Translations under genes and position numbers: made by a program
Shown: positions 12,737-26,098 of the stretch, in pieces
Numbering within the stretch: position 1 is the stretch's first letter
Layout: every line of letters starts with the position of its first letter
The notes under the pieces: model-generated
Databases searched by the model: none
What the model was told of the DNA's origin: nothing
What the model saw: only the letters and a program-made list of their open reading frames with translations
From: Sarea resinae
Lineage: Eukaryota
Direction of reading: 5' to 3'
DNA length: 64,000 bases
Assembly (NCBI GenBank): GCA_026026165.1
Contig: JAPEUD010000001.1
Coordinates: 868,001-932,000, forward strand

Positions 12737-14128
12737 GGTGGCAGCAGCGGGGGACGAAGGCAAAGTCTATATGGACGCAATTGGCAAGACGACGTAGTTG
12801 GTGAATTGGTTTTGCAATGGATGGCAACTTCGGATCTAGTGGATGCAGCGGTGGTGCAATGCGAGCGACTTTGACATCACTTTATGAGGTCATGACGTCG
12901 TTCGTCAGTGGAGTGCGGCAGTATCGCCCGGAGATACTGTAGGGGTACTCAATACCTGATCTTGTCATGTTACCCTGCTTGCGCTCGAGGTTCCTAGTAC
13001 GGATACTCCACACCACCGGGACCGCCTCTGGTGCAGCCCAGGAAAAGCGTGCAGTCCATCGCAGCACCAAAGCTCTACGAGTACCCGTGAGTACTCTCTA
13101 CTCCACAAGGGGTCGAGTGTGCTGCCAATATGAAGTACCTAGTACTCTCGATTCTGCCCTGCCAATGCAAGGGTAGAGGCCAGGTGCCTTGATTCATGCC
13201 TTTGCAAGTGGTGGGATGGGTCTTTCAGCCTCGATCTAGGGAGACACGACGAGCTTCATATAAAAACAGTATGTACAGAGGACGGAGTGATGGCACTTTG
13301 CCAGTGACGGCGGCGTTCCTGGCCTCGGTCCAGGTACAATCCATCCATGGCGTCTCCTCGGCATCCCGTGCGGGTCCAAGGTCCCTGAATGACCGAGCTA
13401 CTATGTAGAGCTTAGGGGCTTTCATCAAAAACACCATGATGCATGATTCTGATCTCAGTACGAAGTCCTCCGTACTCGGCAGGATCAGATCGAATTGGCA
13501 GCCTCCAGCTTGAAGACCTCGTGCTATTTCGGTCGTGGCAGTTCGGACTATGCACATCAAAGGTGCCGCGTGTACTCGGTGCGGTGAGCGCTGTCGGAGT
13601 ACGAATCGTCCAAAGAAGACTGTGGCTTAGCCACCCGCCTTACACAACAGGTGATCTCCACCTCACTTCAGCAACCTCGATCGATCGGCACGGCTATTTC
13701 CGAATCAAGTAGTCAGTATACGACCCGGAGCCGCTCAGCCTCGCCAGCTTGCGCAGACATGGATGTGTTCAGCCACCATCTGTCAATTTTATGCTCGACT
13801 AAACCCTCATGAGCAAAGGGTCAGGCATCTCTTCAGCAGATCGCGGAATTGGCGGAGTCAGGACCTGGAACAGCGTCACTGACTGGGTTTATGAAACTAC
13901 TAACCACCTCAGTTAAATACTGTTCGGCTTTCCTGAAATTTCAAAAACATCCCTTTCCACTGAACATCGCCATACAATTTCACGATATCGCTGCTACTGC
14001 TGTTCTCCTCCAACTGCACATCATTGAAGTTCTTCATACCGTTCTCACTCCTCAGTGCTATCATCCACAAAGCAAAGTCTAGTCAATCGACAACCGGTTT
14101 CCAACCTCACTCAACGAGCACCACCAAG

Positions 14129-14954
14129 ATGTACGCCAACGCTCTCGCTCTCCTCTTCCTCGCTGCCGCTGCATCTGTCACCGCAGCACCAGAACATCCG
14201 GAAAAGAGACAGCAATCTGCTCCCGATGTTGTACAGTCAATGTGATTACCCTCTTGACTTCTTCAAACGATCATAGCTAACTCCAGACAGCGCCTCGGAT
14301 ATTGGCATCACCTCTAGCATCGACAACGTCCCGGCGAGCGTGCTCTCCTCCATCGCCTCTGATGCCTCCTCCTTTGGACACTCCGCCGGCTCAGCGGCCT
14401 CATCAGGCCTCGCCTCCGTCACCTCAGACGTCGCCTCCATAGCCTCCGTTGCTTCCTCGGGGGCCTCGTCTGTCTTCAGCGACGCAACCTCAGGTGCATC
14501 GTCCATCGGCTCCGAGGCATCGTCACGCGCCAAATCCGTGGAATCTGTCGTAACGTCAGGAGCCTCGTCGATCACATCTGACATCGCCTCGGTAGCCTCG
14601 GTAGCCTCATCCGGTGGACAATCTCTCGGCTCGAGCCTCAGCTCCGAAATCGCGAGCGGACAGTCCTCGATCCTCTCGCAGCAGTCCTCGGGCGCGTCCT
14701 CCATCAGCAGTGAAGCCAGCTCTGACATCGCGTCTGCGTCCAGTCGGGCCAGTGCTTCTGTCGCAAGTGCGTCCGCCACCACTACCACTACAAAAGGCTC
14801 AACCTCTACTGCTTCTGGAAGCTCCTCTGCCGGTACGGCGGCCGCCTCATCCAGCAGCAAGGCCGCTGGTTTTGCTTCTGCACAGCCGACGGGCGGTCTC
14901 GCTGCTGCGGCTGCGGGCGTGGTGGGCATTTTGGGAATTGTGGCTGCGTTGTAA
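14129..14954 (+). CDS. Ser/Ala-rich secreted, probably GPI-anchored cell-wall protein
   Basis: Signal peptide MYANALALLFLAAAASVTA, KR site, Ser-rich repeats, hydrophobic C-terminal tail (GLAAAAAGVVGILGIVAAL); one short intron ending ~14286. Confidence 0.8.
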
Positions 14955-15467
14955 GAGATGGACCTATCGGTCTAGCTTGCTTGGTAACGTCTCCTTTGTG
15001 ATATATTGCATTGCGGCATCTGGGACATTCACGGGTCCAACACAATGGCGTTATTCCCATCACTTGGAATTGATCAACCTCGCCAAAGGTGCGCCGATGG
15101 CAACAGGGAAGATATTAATGAATTGTACGATACAAAAGTCTAGATGACAAGAGAGCAAATTGTAGATAGACAGATTGGCATATCTCTTCTAGCATACCTT
15201 GGCAATAGGTGAGGGTCTATAATCAATCTCATGACAAGATAACGCAATGTTCTTTGATTGGTGAAATGCAACCCTTGGTGAGGTCCTAGAAACACTATGT
15301 CTGAAGAGCGAAAGCTTTATAAAGCCTCTAAATCCAGGAGATTCTACTGAGCTATCTCTGTTATGATTAAGAAGGACCCGCTAAGCAATCGCTTGTGGGC
15401 TGGGCGATCGATATGCAATTGACGTGCTGTGGCATCTAGCCCGACCACTAACGTCAACGAAGCCGAA

Positions 15468-17720
15468 ATGGCGACTCGGCGACTCTATCTCATGGTTGGA
15501 GCAATTGTGTTTTCGATCTGCTTTGCGTTCGATTTTGCCTCTGCTTCAGATACCAGCAACGTTTCGTCCATCGTTTCCAGTCAAATCCTCAATGATCCAT
15601 ACCCATTTTATTTTCCAGCACAGCAGAATGGAGTGGCCGCAAACAGCGGCTTGTTCCCAATGCCTGAATGCCATGGCATATTATTGGCAGAGGCCACGAT
15701 AGATCAATTGCAAGGTGCCATGAGCAATGGCACACTGACGAGTGCACAGATTGCGATGTGCTACATCCAAAGGATATACCAGACTGACTCTTACATCAAG
15801 TACGGCTCGCGAACACTTCCCTTCATGTTCTGGTAATTCTATGAGATTGCCCACGCGCTAATGCAGCTGTATCAGTTCAATCATGGAGACCAATCCAGAC
15901 ATGCTCGACATTGCTAATGCTCTCGACGCAGAACGAGCTGCCGGATCAGTTCGCGGTCCCCTCCATGGGATTCCGTTCCTCGTCAAAGACAACATTGGCA
16001 CCAAAGATCGAATGGAATCGACCGCGGGGAGCTGGGCACTAGTTGGATCTGTGATTCCTCGCGATGCTTTTGTAGTTGCTCAACTCAGGGAAGCGGGCGC
16101 ACTGCTAATCGGCCATGCTACGCTCAGTGAATGGGCTGACATGAGGAGTAACAACTACTCCGAAGGCTATTCTGGCCGTGGAGGTCAGGCCCGGAGCCCA
16201 TATAACCTAACTGTAAATCCTGGGGGAAGCAGCTCTGGAAGTGCTGGTGCTGTGGCAGCGAATCAATGTATGTTTGCTTTGGGCACAGAGACCGACGGGA
16301 GTGGTGAGTGTGAATGCATCGGACCAGCTTCTTACACGAGAACTAAGAATTTGCAGTCATTAATCCAGCAGAGAGAAATGCCCTTGTGGGGATCAAACCA
16401 ACTGTAGGCCTGACTTCTCGAGCTGGGTTGGTTGCGCCGACTTTCTTGGCATTTTCGCTCCTAACAGGTGCTCTAGAGTCATCCCTGAAAGCCTTCATCA
16501 AGATACCGTTGGAACTTTAGCCCGCACAGTTCGGGATGCAGTCTACGCCCTCGATGCTATATATGGCGTCGATCCACGGGACAATTACACACTTGCCCAG
16601 GAAGGTCATACACCTGACGGAGGCTATACGCAATTTCTAACGAACAAAGACGCACTCAAAGGAGCTACATTTGGATTGCCCTGGTTGAGTTTCTGGGCGC
16701 TGGCGGATGTGGAAATGCAGGATTCGTTGCTCGGATTGATCCACCTGATCGAAGAAGCTGGCGCGACGGTCGTCAATGGGACGGAGTTGCCAAGTTACAA
16801 GGACATCGTCAGTCCTGATGGCTGGGACTGGTATTGACCTTTCCGTGACGGAATGTGGCATTCTCTGACAATGTTAGGGACTATGGTACAACTCGAGGAT
16901 ATCCAAATGAATCGGAATATACCTATGTGAAGGTGGACTTCTACAACAATATCAAAGCATACCTTGCCGAGCTGAATAACACTGCTATCAGATCGGTCGA
17001 AGACATCGTCCAGTAAGCAAGCCAGGGCCCACCAGTGCATCCGATTCTACAATGATACTCATCTTTTCCACTCTAGGTATAACATCGACAACCTCGGTTC
17101 CGAAGGCGGTCTCCCAGGCATCCACCCAGCCTTTGGATCAGGCCAAGATGGCCTCCTCGCATCCATGGAAACGAAAGGTAAGACCAACGCCATCGTCCTC
17201 GAACCCCGACACTTCCCACGCCTCTTCCCCCTATCTCCCACCGCGGCTTCCCTCTCTAACCAATCTATCTAACAACATCCACTGCTCCGTCCTAGGCGAA
17301 ATGGACTCAACCTACTTCTCCGCCCTCTCCCACTGCCAGCTCCAGACCCGCACCAACGGCATCGACGCTGCCCTGCACCCATCCACCTCCCACCAGCCCC
17401 TCTCGGCCCTCCTCATGCCCACAGACGTAGGGCAAACCTACCAGATCGCCGCCCAGGCCGGGTATCCGATGATAACGCTGCCCAGCGGCACCAACACCTG
17501 GGCCACGGGCATGCCGTTCGGGCTCGGGCTCATGGGCACGGCGTGGTCCGAGGCCGAGCTCATCCGGTGGGCGAGCGCCATCGAGGATCTGATGGCCAGT
17601 GAAAAAGATGGTGAAGAAGGAGAAGGGGGAGGGAGAGGGGCTGGGAAGGCGCGCTATGGGCGGACTAGCCCGCGCTGGTTCGAGTACAGGGCGCGGAATA
17701 TCCCTGTGTTGAACCTGTAG
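15468..17720 (+). CDS. Secreted amidase-signature family enzyme, multi-exon
   Basis: N-terminal hydrophobic segment; GPLHGIPFLVKDNI, PGGSSSGSA, GTETDGS, GIKPTVG, AAQAGYPMITLP, MPFGL. Confidence 0.9.
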
Positions 17721-18342
17721 ACTCTGTGGTTGGGAGGTTTGCAGAGACTCGGTAGTGATACTAATTGGACATCATATCTCCTTCTTAGACCCCTGATCTA
17801 TCAGTTCAAAGGGTGTATGGACGACTTTGTGGTTCGATCCAGTGTAAAGTGTGTTCTCATACTCGATTGAATCATTAAGGTATAGTTTAGGTAGGCAGTG
17901 AGCGAAAGGTCCCTGAAAAGGGGTTCTTCCATTGAGGTGAGGTGGGCGAACGAAGATGCAGATATACCTTAGCACCACGGCTCGTGGAAGGTCGAAGGCC
18001 GGTCTACGGATGAGACGTTCAACGATTTATGATCAAAACCCAAGACCCATCAGATTCGACTGGCATTGGTATGACTATTGCTCTCTATAAGGTGATACCC
18101 CCAAGAAGCCAGAAAAAAGCAAAAGCAAAGGCAGCACCCGAAAATAGCGCCTTTCTAAATCGACAACCGCGAGAAATAGATACGAAAGAGCGGAACCTCT
18201 AGCACCTGAGATCTGCGAGATACATGATTCATCGTCAGGAGACAAGAAACGCATGTGCCCGCCCCACCCCCCCAGAAGCGTAGAGTAGGGCATCACTCGA
18301 CGCAGCCATTCCCTTCCCCCACGTACCTAAGTAAAACCAAAA

Positions 18343-20986
18343 TCAAAAGCGCTCGATGAGCCAATTCCTCCTCACAGGCTCCGCCATGGCCATCAACTTC
18401 TTGAGCTCGGCCCGTTTGACCGCCACATAAGTATCCGTGACCTCGTCGCCCAGCAATCCACGAAAAGGGGCATCGTTCTCCAAGCTCTCCAATGCCTCCT
18501 CCAGACTCGCAGGCAGCATTTCCGTGATGCCCAGCTCGGACCTCTGCTGCGGCGACAGCGTCGCAGGGTCAGCGGTGCAGTCCGCATGCACTAGCTTGTC
18601 GTCATCCACCACGCCCGAGAGCCCCGCGCTCAGGATGGACGCGAGAGCGAGATACATGTTCGCCATGCCGTCGACGCATTTCAGCTCCCAGTGGCTCCCC
18701 TCGATGCGCCGCAGCGGGGTCTCGCGGTTCTGGCTGCCCCATGCCACGTAGCGGCCACCGGCCCAGAGGCCATCGCCTAGGCGGTCGTAGCTGTACGGGT
18801 TGGAGTAGGTAAAGGCGGCGATGGATCGGAGGTGTTTGAGCACGCCGGCATAGAAGGATTCGTGCTTCTCCGCTGGCTCCATGGAGATATGTGTATGCGC
18901 CCCTGTACCGCAGGCAACGGGCGACGGCTTCGGGAACAAGGTGGCGCGGAAGGAGTGTTTGGTTGCGATGGAGGAGATGATCTCGCGAGTGGCGATGAGA
19001 GTGTCGACGGCGGCGAGAGGCGGGAGCGGGTCAGTGATGAATTCGTATTGGCCCGTGCTACTTTCTGGGTGGAATTGCTGCAAGCCGATACCGCAGGTTT
19101 CCAGAGCGTCGACTATCTCTTCGAGGACGGTCATGATGGTGGGATCTTGCAGGGCTCGCGTCGAGGACCAGGAATGGCCTTGGTTGGCGGGGTCGTTGCT
19201 GAATTCCAGCCCGCCATTTTCGACAGACCATCGCATGAAAACGATTTCGATCTCAAAGCCTACGAGAAAGGTGAAACCTTCTTGTTGCCCCCTTTCTATC
19301 ACCTGTCGCAGGGTAGTTCGGGGACAGTTTCCAACTACCGGATTTCCGTTCTTCTCCCGGAACTCGCCCTGCACGGTCGCATACCCTGACCGTTCACCCA
19401 ATCGCAGGCTTTCGAACTGAGGGAAAAGACTGAATTCGCCCGTCGGGCCGAACCCCGGCGTAGCTTCGTCGTCTTCAAGAAGTCCCAGAACTGCTTTTGT
19501 TATGCCTACCGTCTTGCCCTGCGAGAACATCTCGAGGGCGCGTTTGACAGGGAAGATCCTCACTCTCAGAGTGGCTGTGTAATCAAGCCATTGAAGGCGA
19601 AGAAACTTGACAGTAGGATGATCTTTCAGAAAAGATGTGAAAAGAGGGAAAGTCTCTGAAGCCGGGCTAGGCTCTAGTACACTCTTGACGGTCTTCACAG
19701 AGCTGTCCGGTAGAGCAAGCGGTTTGAGAGACAGTTCGAGCTTGTAGAGCGTATTTGATGTATTGAAAAGGATGTCTTGCACAACCTTGATTGCTTGCGC
19801 AACGTTGAGGCTTCCGGATCGGACGTAATCGCACAGAACCTACGCAAATTTTATGTTAATCCCGGTCATGGCGGATTGCTCTTGCGCTTACCATCTCCAG
19901 TGCTTCACGGACTTGGATTGCCGCTAGAAGATAGGTCTCTGGAAACCAATGGCCATCCGTGCTCCAGCATAATTTCTCGGTAGGGCACAGCTCGAGGGCT
20001 TCTCGAATCACCTTCTCCTGACCTTCTGCACTGACCATTGGAAAGACCTCTCCAATATCCATGTAAACATTTTGATAAGCGCTCGCGAGATATCCAGCCT
20101 CCGTGGTGAACGGATAGCTAGCATGAAGGAGAACGATTGGCACAGAAGGATACGCATGAATGAACGGCTGAAGGTGTGATGGACACGAAAGCGGGAGATT
20201 AAGGTCATTATCACCAAGTCCGGTGTGGAACTGAAAAGGCTTCTTGCCATTGGCATTTTTAGTCTGACTGATCTCCTGTGCCGTCAGGTGAACGAAATAC
20301 GGGCCGAGTTCTTGATCTTCCAGGCGCCGGAATGTCGTCTCCTGCGCACTTGCAAGTAGCATTTCTAACCCTGTGAACGGATGGAGAACATGCTTAAACG
20401 TTGGAATCTTCAAGCCACTGCGGTAACAGATGATCGATTTGAAACCAACAACTTCCGGGTCATCAATTGCGAGCCGAATCCTTTCGAGGAATTGGTCCCG
20501 GATTTTCGACAAGAATTTTCCGCGGTTCAGATTCGAAATCGCATAAGAGCCAAGTCCTTGAAGCGAATCTGCAATAACGCTTTCTGCGACTTTCTCGATC
20601 CGAACGATTCTCTTGCATTTGGACATAGTCAATCGATTGTGCCAGTCGTATGGATGGACCGTGTTGGCATCCAGGCCGTCATCGATCAAGACGCTCTCGA
20701 TCCCTTCGAAACATCTTCGAGACCAGGCGTCCTCAGGTTCGCCCCTCTTTTTCTGGATTGCTTTCTGGACTGCTTCCCAAGTTGGTGGGCATTGTAAAAT
20801 TTCGGCAAGTTGTTTTACAGCACGCAAGTGAGCTAAAGTAGACGAAGTGAAATCAAGGGCTGAACCTCCGGCTTCGGTGGTAATGGAGAGGAAAGAGTGA
20901 ACGTCGATCTCAGCAGGAAGTAGAAGATTATGGGCATGATGATCAATTATTGGAGTAGCTCTTATGGTATCGATAAGACGGTCCAT
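18343..20986 (-). CDS. fluG: FluG-like amidohydrolase + glutamine-synthetase-like fusion (~863 aa, one intron 19840-19891)
   Basis: IIDHHAHNL, QFHTGLGDND, LLHASYP, STDGHWFPE (amidohydrolase) spliced to GFEIE, HPESSTGQYE, GTGAHTHIS, WGSQNRETPLR, HWELK (GS-like). Confidence 0.9.
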
Positions 20987-21915
20987 GTCGTTCAATCAAG
21001 AAGGATGCAAAGTATACAGGCTGGCCTAATAGAAGAATAAGGAAGAACAAGAAGAAGAGAATCAATGCGGCAGCTGACGCATTGATAAAAGAAGTTGCTT
21101 TGCGGCAAAGCAGCGCGTGAGAGCGTATTCAGCTCGCAATGCGCGAAAACAGTACAGCCAGCACAACAAATGGATGCTGCTGCTGCAGCAGCAGTGAACA
21201 TCTGGGATGCTACCTTACTGTCCTGTCGATGATAGGTACCCGCCTATGATGGGGGTGATCAACATGCGAACATCTGATCGGCCAGGGATTTGGATGGTAC
21301 AGCTCCCATTTGGATGTGGTGAAACGATAAGAGAGAGCGAGAGCGAGAGCGAGCTGAGAGAGATATCCATCCATCTACTCCGAGTAGGGATGGATCTGCT
21401 CGTCACGAGAATCATCGTTAGCAATCGATGGGTGACTCAGCTCAGCCACCTTCTCCATCTGGAATTCGGAATGCCCGAGGTACCTCTTGCACCCGAATTG
21501 ATATGTTCCAGAGATGATCCACCGGGGAGAATACGTGGGCAATCCATCACACTGCAATGCGCGCGCATGTTCGATCTGATACAAATACTCCCCACGCCAT
21601 GAGGGTGCTAAAGCAGGCGTCTGCTCCGTATGCACTAGAAAAAAAGATGGAGGGGTCGGCCCGAGCCACTTGAGCCCAATGTAGAAGGAGTGCAAGCCTC
21701 TTTCGCAATTAGAGGAACAGCTGAGGATCCCATGATAGTCCAATCCCGAGATCTCGGGAGTGTCGCCTTATTTGGCATATTTATGATCTCCTGCCATGGA
21801 GCTGTCTTCAATTGCTTCTAGCTAGGTGTATGACGAGCCACGGCTCCTGTCCCACAGTTGCGCAATCCTACAAGACATCCTCATCGAGCATCACCATTAA
21901 TAGCTCATTGACGTG

Positions 21916-22755
21916 CTAGTCGTCATCATCTGAACTGTAGCCACCCAAGCCTAGACCGAGCACTGCTGGCTGAGTCGCAGGTTTCCCAGCAGAAGCCTTT
22001 GCAGCCTGTTTCATGGGCTGATCCGTGGGTGGCCTGGGCTGCACTACTGCTTTCTCGATGATATCCTTCGCTTTCTGGGAATCATCACGGCTTTCATCCA
22101 CCACCTTTTCCTTTGCGGCCTCTGACGCGGCATGTTTTGGCGATATCGTAGACGGAACAGAGTTCGTCGACGAGGACTTTCGAAGCTTGACGCCCTTCAG
22201 GACCTCTTTATCCTTGCCCTTCTTCCGCTTCCGCCCACTTATAACCCACTGCTCTTCCTCGACGGGCGGACTCTGGCTGCCTCCAGTAACGGTGCTAACT
22301 TGTCCAGCTTCCGCCAGCAGCACTTTATCCGCTTCCTCCTGTTGTCGCCGAAAATGATCCAGCTGCTCCGTCGTCTCTCTCCTTACGGCCTCTTCTTTGG
22401 CTCTGGTTGACTCGAGGACCGAGTCGAGGAAATCGACCTCATCTTCGTCGAGCGAGCGGAATTGATTCTTGAGCCGGATGGATTCTTCAAACGCTTCTTG
22501 CTTGGCGGCTAAGGCGATCGAAAATCATCTGACACGTCAGTCATGGAGACTCTCTTGGCGCGCAAAGACGAGAAAGCTAGGTGGAATACCCTTGTTGGCC
22601 TGCAAAGTCTCGTAAAGACTCTTCCCGCCTTCCTGCCTGCTTTGCTCTTCCTTTCTCCGCCGATTGGCCTCTAGCTCTTCTTGCGCCTTCTTCCAATCAT
22701 CATCCCGCTCAATTGGCGCATCGGTCGTGCCTCCAGACACAAAACCGGATGACAT
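21916..22755 (-). CDS. FAM192A/Fyv6-like (PSME3-interacting) nuclear protein, 2 exons
   Basis: MSSGFVSGG, KSLYETLQANK, RLKNQFRSLDEDEVDFLD, C-terminal LGGYSSDDDD; intron ~22509-22589. Confidence 0.85.
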
Positions 22756-23641
22756 TGTGCGGTTGGAGCATGCTGTTGAATTCTGTCCACGTCGAGGAGC
22801 TTGTGAGCCAAGGACAAAGGCGAAGGTATCTCGATTATGTCAAGATGACTAATCAAGTCCCCAACCCAGTTGACCGCTCGAGCAATTGGAGGGTTTACTC
22901 GAGTAGTGCTGAACATTAGTATTGTTGACTCGGTAGTAGTCGCATGTTGTCTTATTATTTACGACGCCCATCTCGTATACTTGGATCTCTCATCGGGGAG
23001 ATTGGTGATCTGGAAACCGGTCCGCCTATCTGAGGCGCCCTCTTTCGTCTTTTGTCCAGTCTTATTCTCATCTTCTCGTTCACTGCGACGGCTGCACCTA
23101 TCGACTACTTATAAATTGTCAGGGTAGCGGCGAGGACGAATGGTCTCCGGCACGCCAAACGCATAAGATCGCGCGAGGAGTAATGGCGTAGGAGCGGAGT
23201 TAGGGCGCAGTGGGAAGCCAGACGGGGGCGGATGGATGTATCTGCCTACCTTGGGTAGTTGCGAGCACTCTTACCCCTCGTCCACCCCTCCTGATAAAGC
23301 CGTAGGCTGGAGCTGCAGCATTCTTGTAGACTACATGCATCGTAAGGTAGATAGATAAAGAGGTGCCAATCTTAGAGTTGTGCATAGCAGCGATCATCAT
23401 CGGTGTATTCATAGATGATGATTCGTTACGCGCCCAGGGATGCGCTCGGGGATGCACTCAGCAATCACTTTCACTCTAGAGTACAGATACCGACGTGCAG
23501 CACCTCAGATTACACACACAACACGCGCACTATCCGCTGTCCATCTGCTACTTTGGTGGCCATGGATTCTATCATCTGTTCACTGGCTGCTTCCCGTGGC
23601 TGCTCTGCTCGGCCTTCTCCAACACCAGGGCTTCTCTAGCT

Positions 23642-25128
23642 ATGGCATTCCTTGAGCTGCTGATACTGCCACCTCTGTTCTCCGTCCTCTTCATCACCAT
23701 CCAGGGTATCTACCGAGTCTTCTTGCATCCGCTGCGAAAGATCCCCGGGCCGCTCATCACGAAATGCTCCTCTCTTTGGCTGCATTATCACGCCTTCATT
23801 GGGGACCAATGTACAGCAGTGCATCAGCTGCACGAGGTCTACGGTCCCATCGTTCGAGTTGGACCTAATGATGTTGACATCTCCAAAAGCGATGCCCTTG
23901 GGCCTATCTACATAGACCGAGGGGGCTTTGAGAAGTCGGCGTACTACACCAAATTCGATATTGATGGGCACGCGACAATCTTCTCGACAATGTCCTCCGA
24001 TCGACGAGCGCCTCGAGCGAAGTCAGTTCTTCCCATTTTTTCAACGGCTTCGATCAAAGAAGCCGCAGGGGCCATCACACGCTGTGCGCAGCAGATGGTC
24101 GAGCGAATGGGCGTAGTTGCTAAGAACGGGAAGCCCGTGAATATCCTGACTCTAACCCGCGCCTTTGCGTTAGACTCAGTCACTGCGTACGTGTTCCAGC
24201 AGAACTATGGTGGGATCCACGAAAAGTCCTCAGAGTTGTCCGCCTCACTAGCCATTGATGGCTTTGTCGCTGTCGGTCGTTTATACTACGTCTCTCACAC
24301 AGTATTTGATTACATCGTTGCCTTTTTTGATCTTGTCGCGCCGGATTTGGAGACTCGACGCTCGCTTGAGGCCGTCGATGTTTTCGTGCGGTCTCTGGTA
24401 AAAGGGACGGTGACTGGCGGCAGTAATTATCCCAGCCGTCTTCTGACAAATGGAATGGCTGTCGACGAGACAATTGCACAGTGCAAGGACGTTCTTTTTG
24501 CGGGTTCAGACTCAACTGGAACTATTTTGGCAATGACTTGTTGGTTCTTAGTTGCGAACCCCGAAAAGTAAGAGGAATTTTGTTTCGCTGTGAGCCATAA
24601 CTTATTTGCCACAGGTATGCCCGTCTCCGCGACGAGATCGTTCAGAACGCCATGACGTCGATTTCTGATTTGCAGATGTTGCCATATCTGAACGGCGTTG
24701 TAAGGGAAGCGCTGCGCTTATCAATGTCGGTCTCTAATCGCCTGCCTCGCATCGTCCCTCCTGGTGGATGGAACTATGATGGGTATGACTTCCCGGCGGG
24801 CGCCAACGTGGGAGTCGCTGCATTTGAGCTCCACCTCGATCGCAGCGTCTTTCCTGAGCCGGGGCATTTCCTTCCAGAGAGGTGGATAGAACCGACCTCT
24901 GAGATGAACGCGAGCTGGCTGCCATTCGGGAAAGGGGCGCGCAGTTGCATTGCGCGCAATCTAGCTTTCAAGGAGCTGCTTATTGCGACGGAGAGAATTG
25001 TGGCCGCGGATGTACTGAAAGGGGCCAAGACGGTGAAAGACAAGATTGATATCTATGAGTGGTTTAATTCCAAGACGAAGGGCGGAAAGATCGAACTGCT
25101 TTGGCCCAAGCAGCGGTCACATTCATAA
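23642..25128 (+). CDS. Cytochrome P450 monooxygenase, 2 exons
   Basis: N-terminal TM + HPLRKIPGP, AGSDST I-helix, EALR (ExxR), PERW, heme motif FGKGARSCIA; intron ~24568-24615. Confidence 0.92.
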
Positions 25129-26098
25129 ATCCAGGGGAATCGAAATCGGTCTTCCTTGACAGTATCCAAATCACAGCCTCGTCCGACATGCTGTGTTTTT
25201 CTCCCACTCATTTATTTTCCGCATCTTCCTCTAAACCCACCTCCGGAAAGATATGTCTCCCTCGACAGCCACGCTATCTCATCCGAGGTGCCGCTGTTGT
25301 CACGATTTCGAAGTCCCTTGGAAAGTAGCCGCATTGCTATTAGTTTGTACTTAGGTGTGCATCATGTAGTCACCTTAGAAAAAGGACCATGTACGCTCTT
25401 CAAGCTCGATCTGCTCGTAGATTGCCGTGCTCATCACCACATTATATAATAGTTGAAGAGAAGAACATTGGTGGGAAGCTCCAAGCGATCAACGGTAGCC
25501 TAGGCGACCCACCTCCTTCCACGGACTTGACTTCAGACCATGGCATCAAGTTCCAGCCCCAAGGTCCGCTATCATCGATCCATGAGTCCATGGCCAATTG
25601 ACTTGACATGTACAGAATACAGAAACACTGGGCTTGATATCACATGGAGCCTGGTGAACCTTTAACCTCCTTCCCGGACTTATCTCGATGCTACCCCTCC
25701 AATGACTTTGCCGTATGTAATCGAATGAAATGCCCCGCTACGCGCATCACCCTAAAGCCCCCTAGCAGCCCCGCCATCGGGGCCCCTCGCCCACCCCTCC
25801 CTATGATATGACGCCAGCAGCAGCAGCAGCGGCGGCGGCGGCCCTGGAAACTTGGAACCCTGGAGTGAGGCATAATGGCGACCACTACAGATCAGACCCC
25901 TCGCCTACCCCTCCACCGAGCGCCGATTAATTTCTCCGGATGGCGTTCTTCAGCCATGCCTATATAACGCCAATCGTCTGCGACCAGAGGACGAAGACCC
26001 TTTCTAAACAACCGCCGCAAAAGCAACAATTAGACCACCCCCAATAGACTAGACACCCCCTCACCAGCACTGATATACCCAGAAGCCTACTTACCGCC

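Noticed and set aside
14246..14929. Long antisense ORFs opposite the GPI protein (likewise opposite SGT2, CKB2, RIB1 and the secreted orphan)
   Set aside because: Shadow frames expected from GC-rich, biased codon usage on the coding strand
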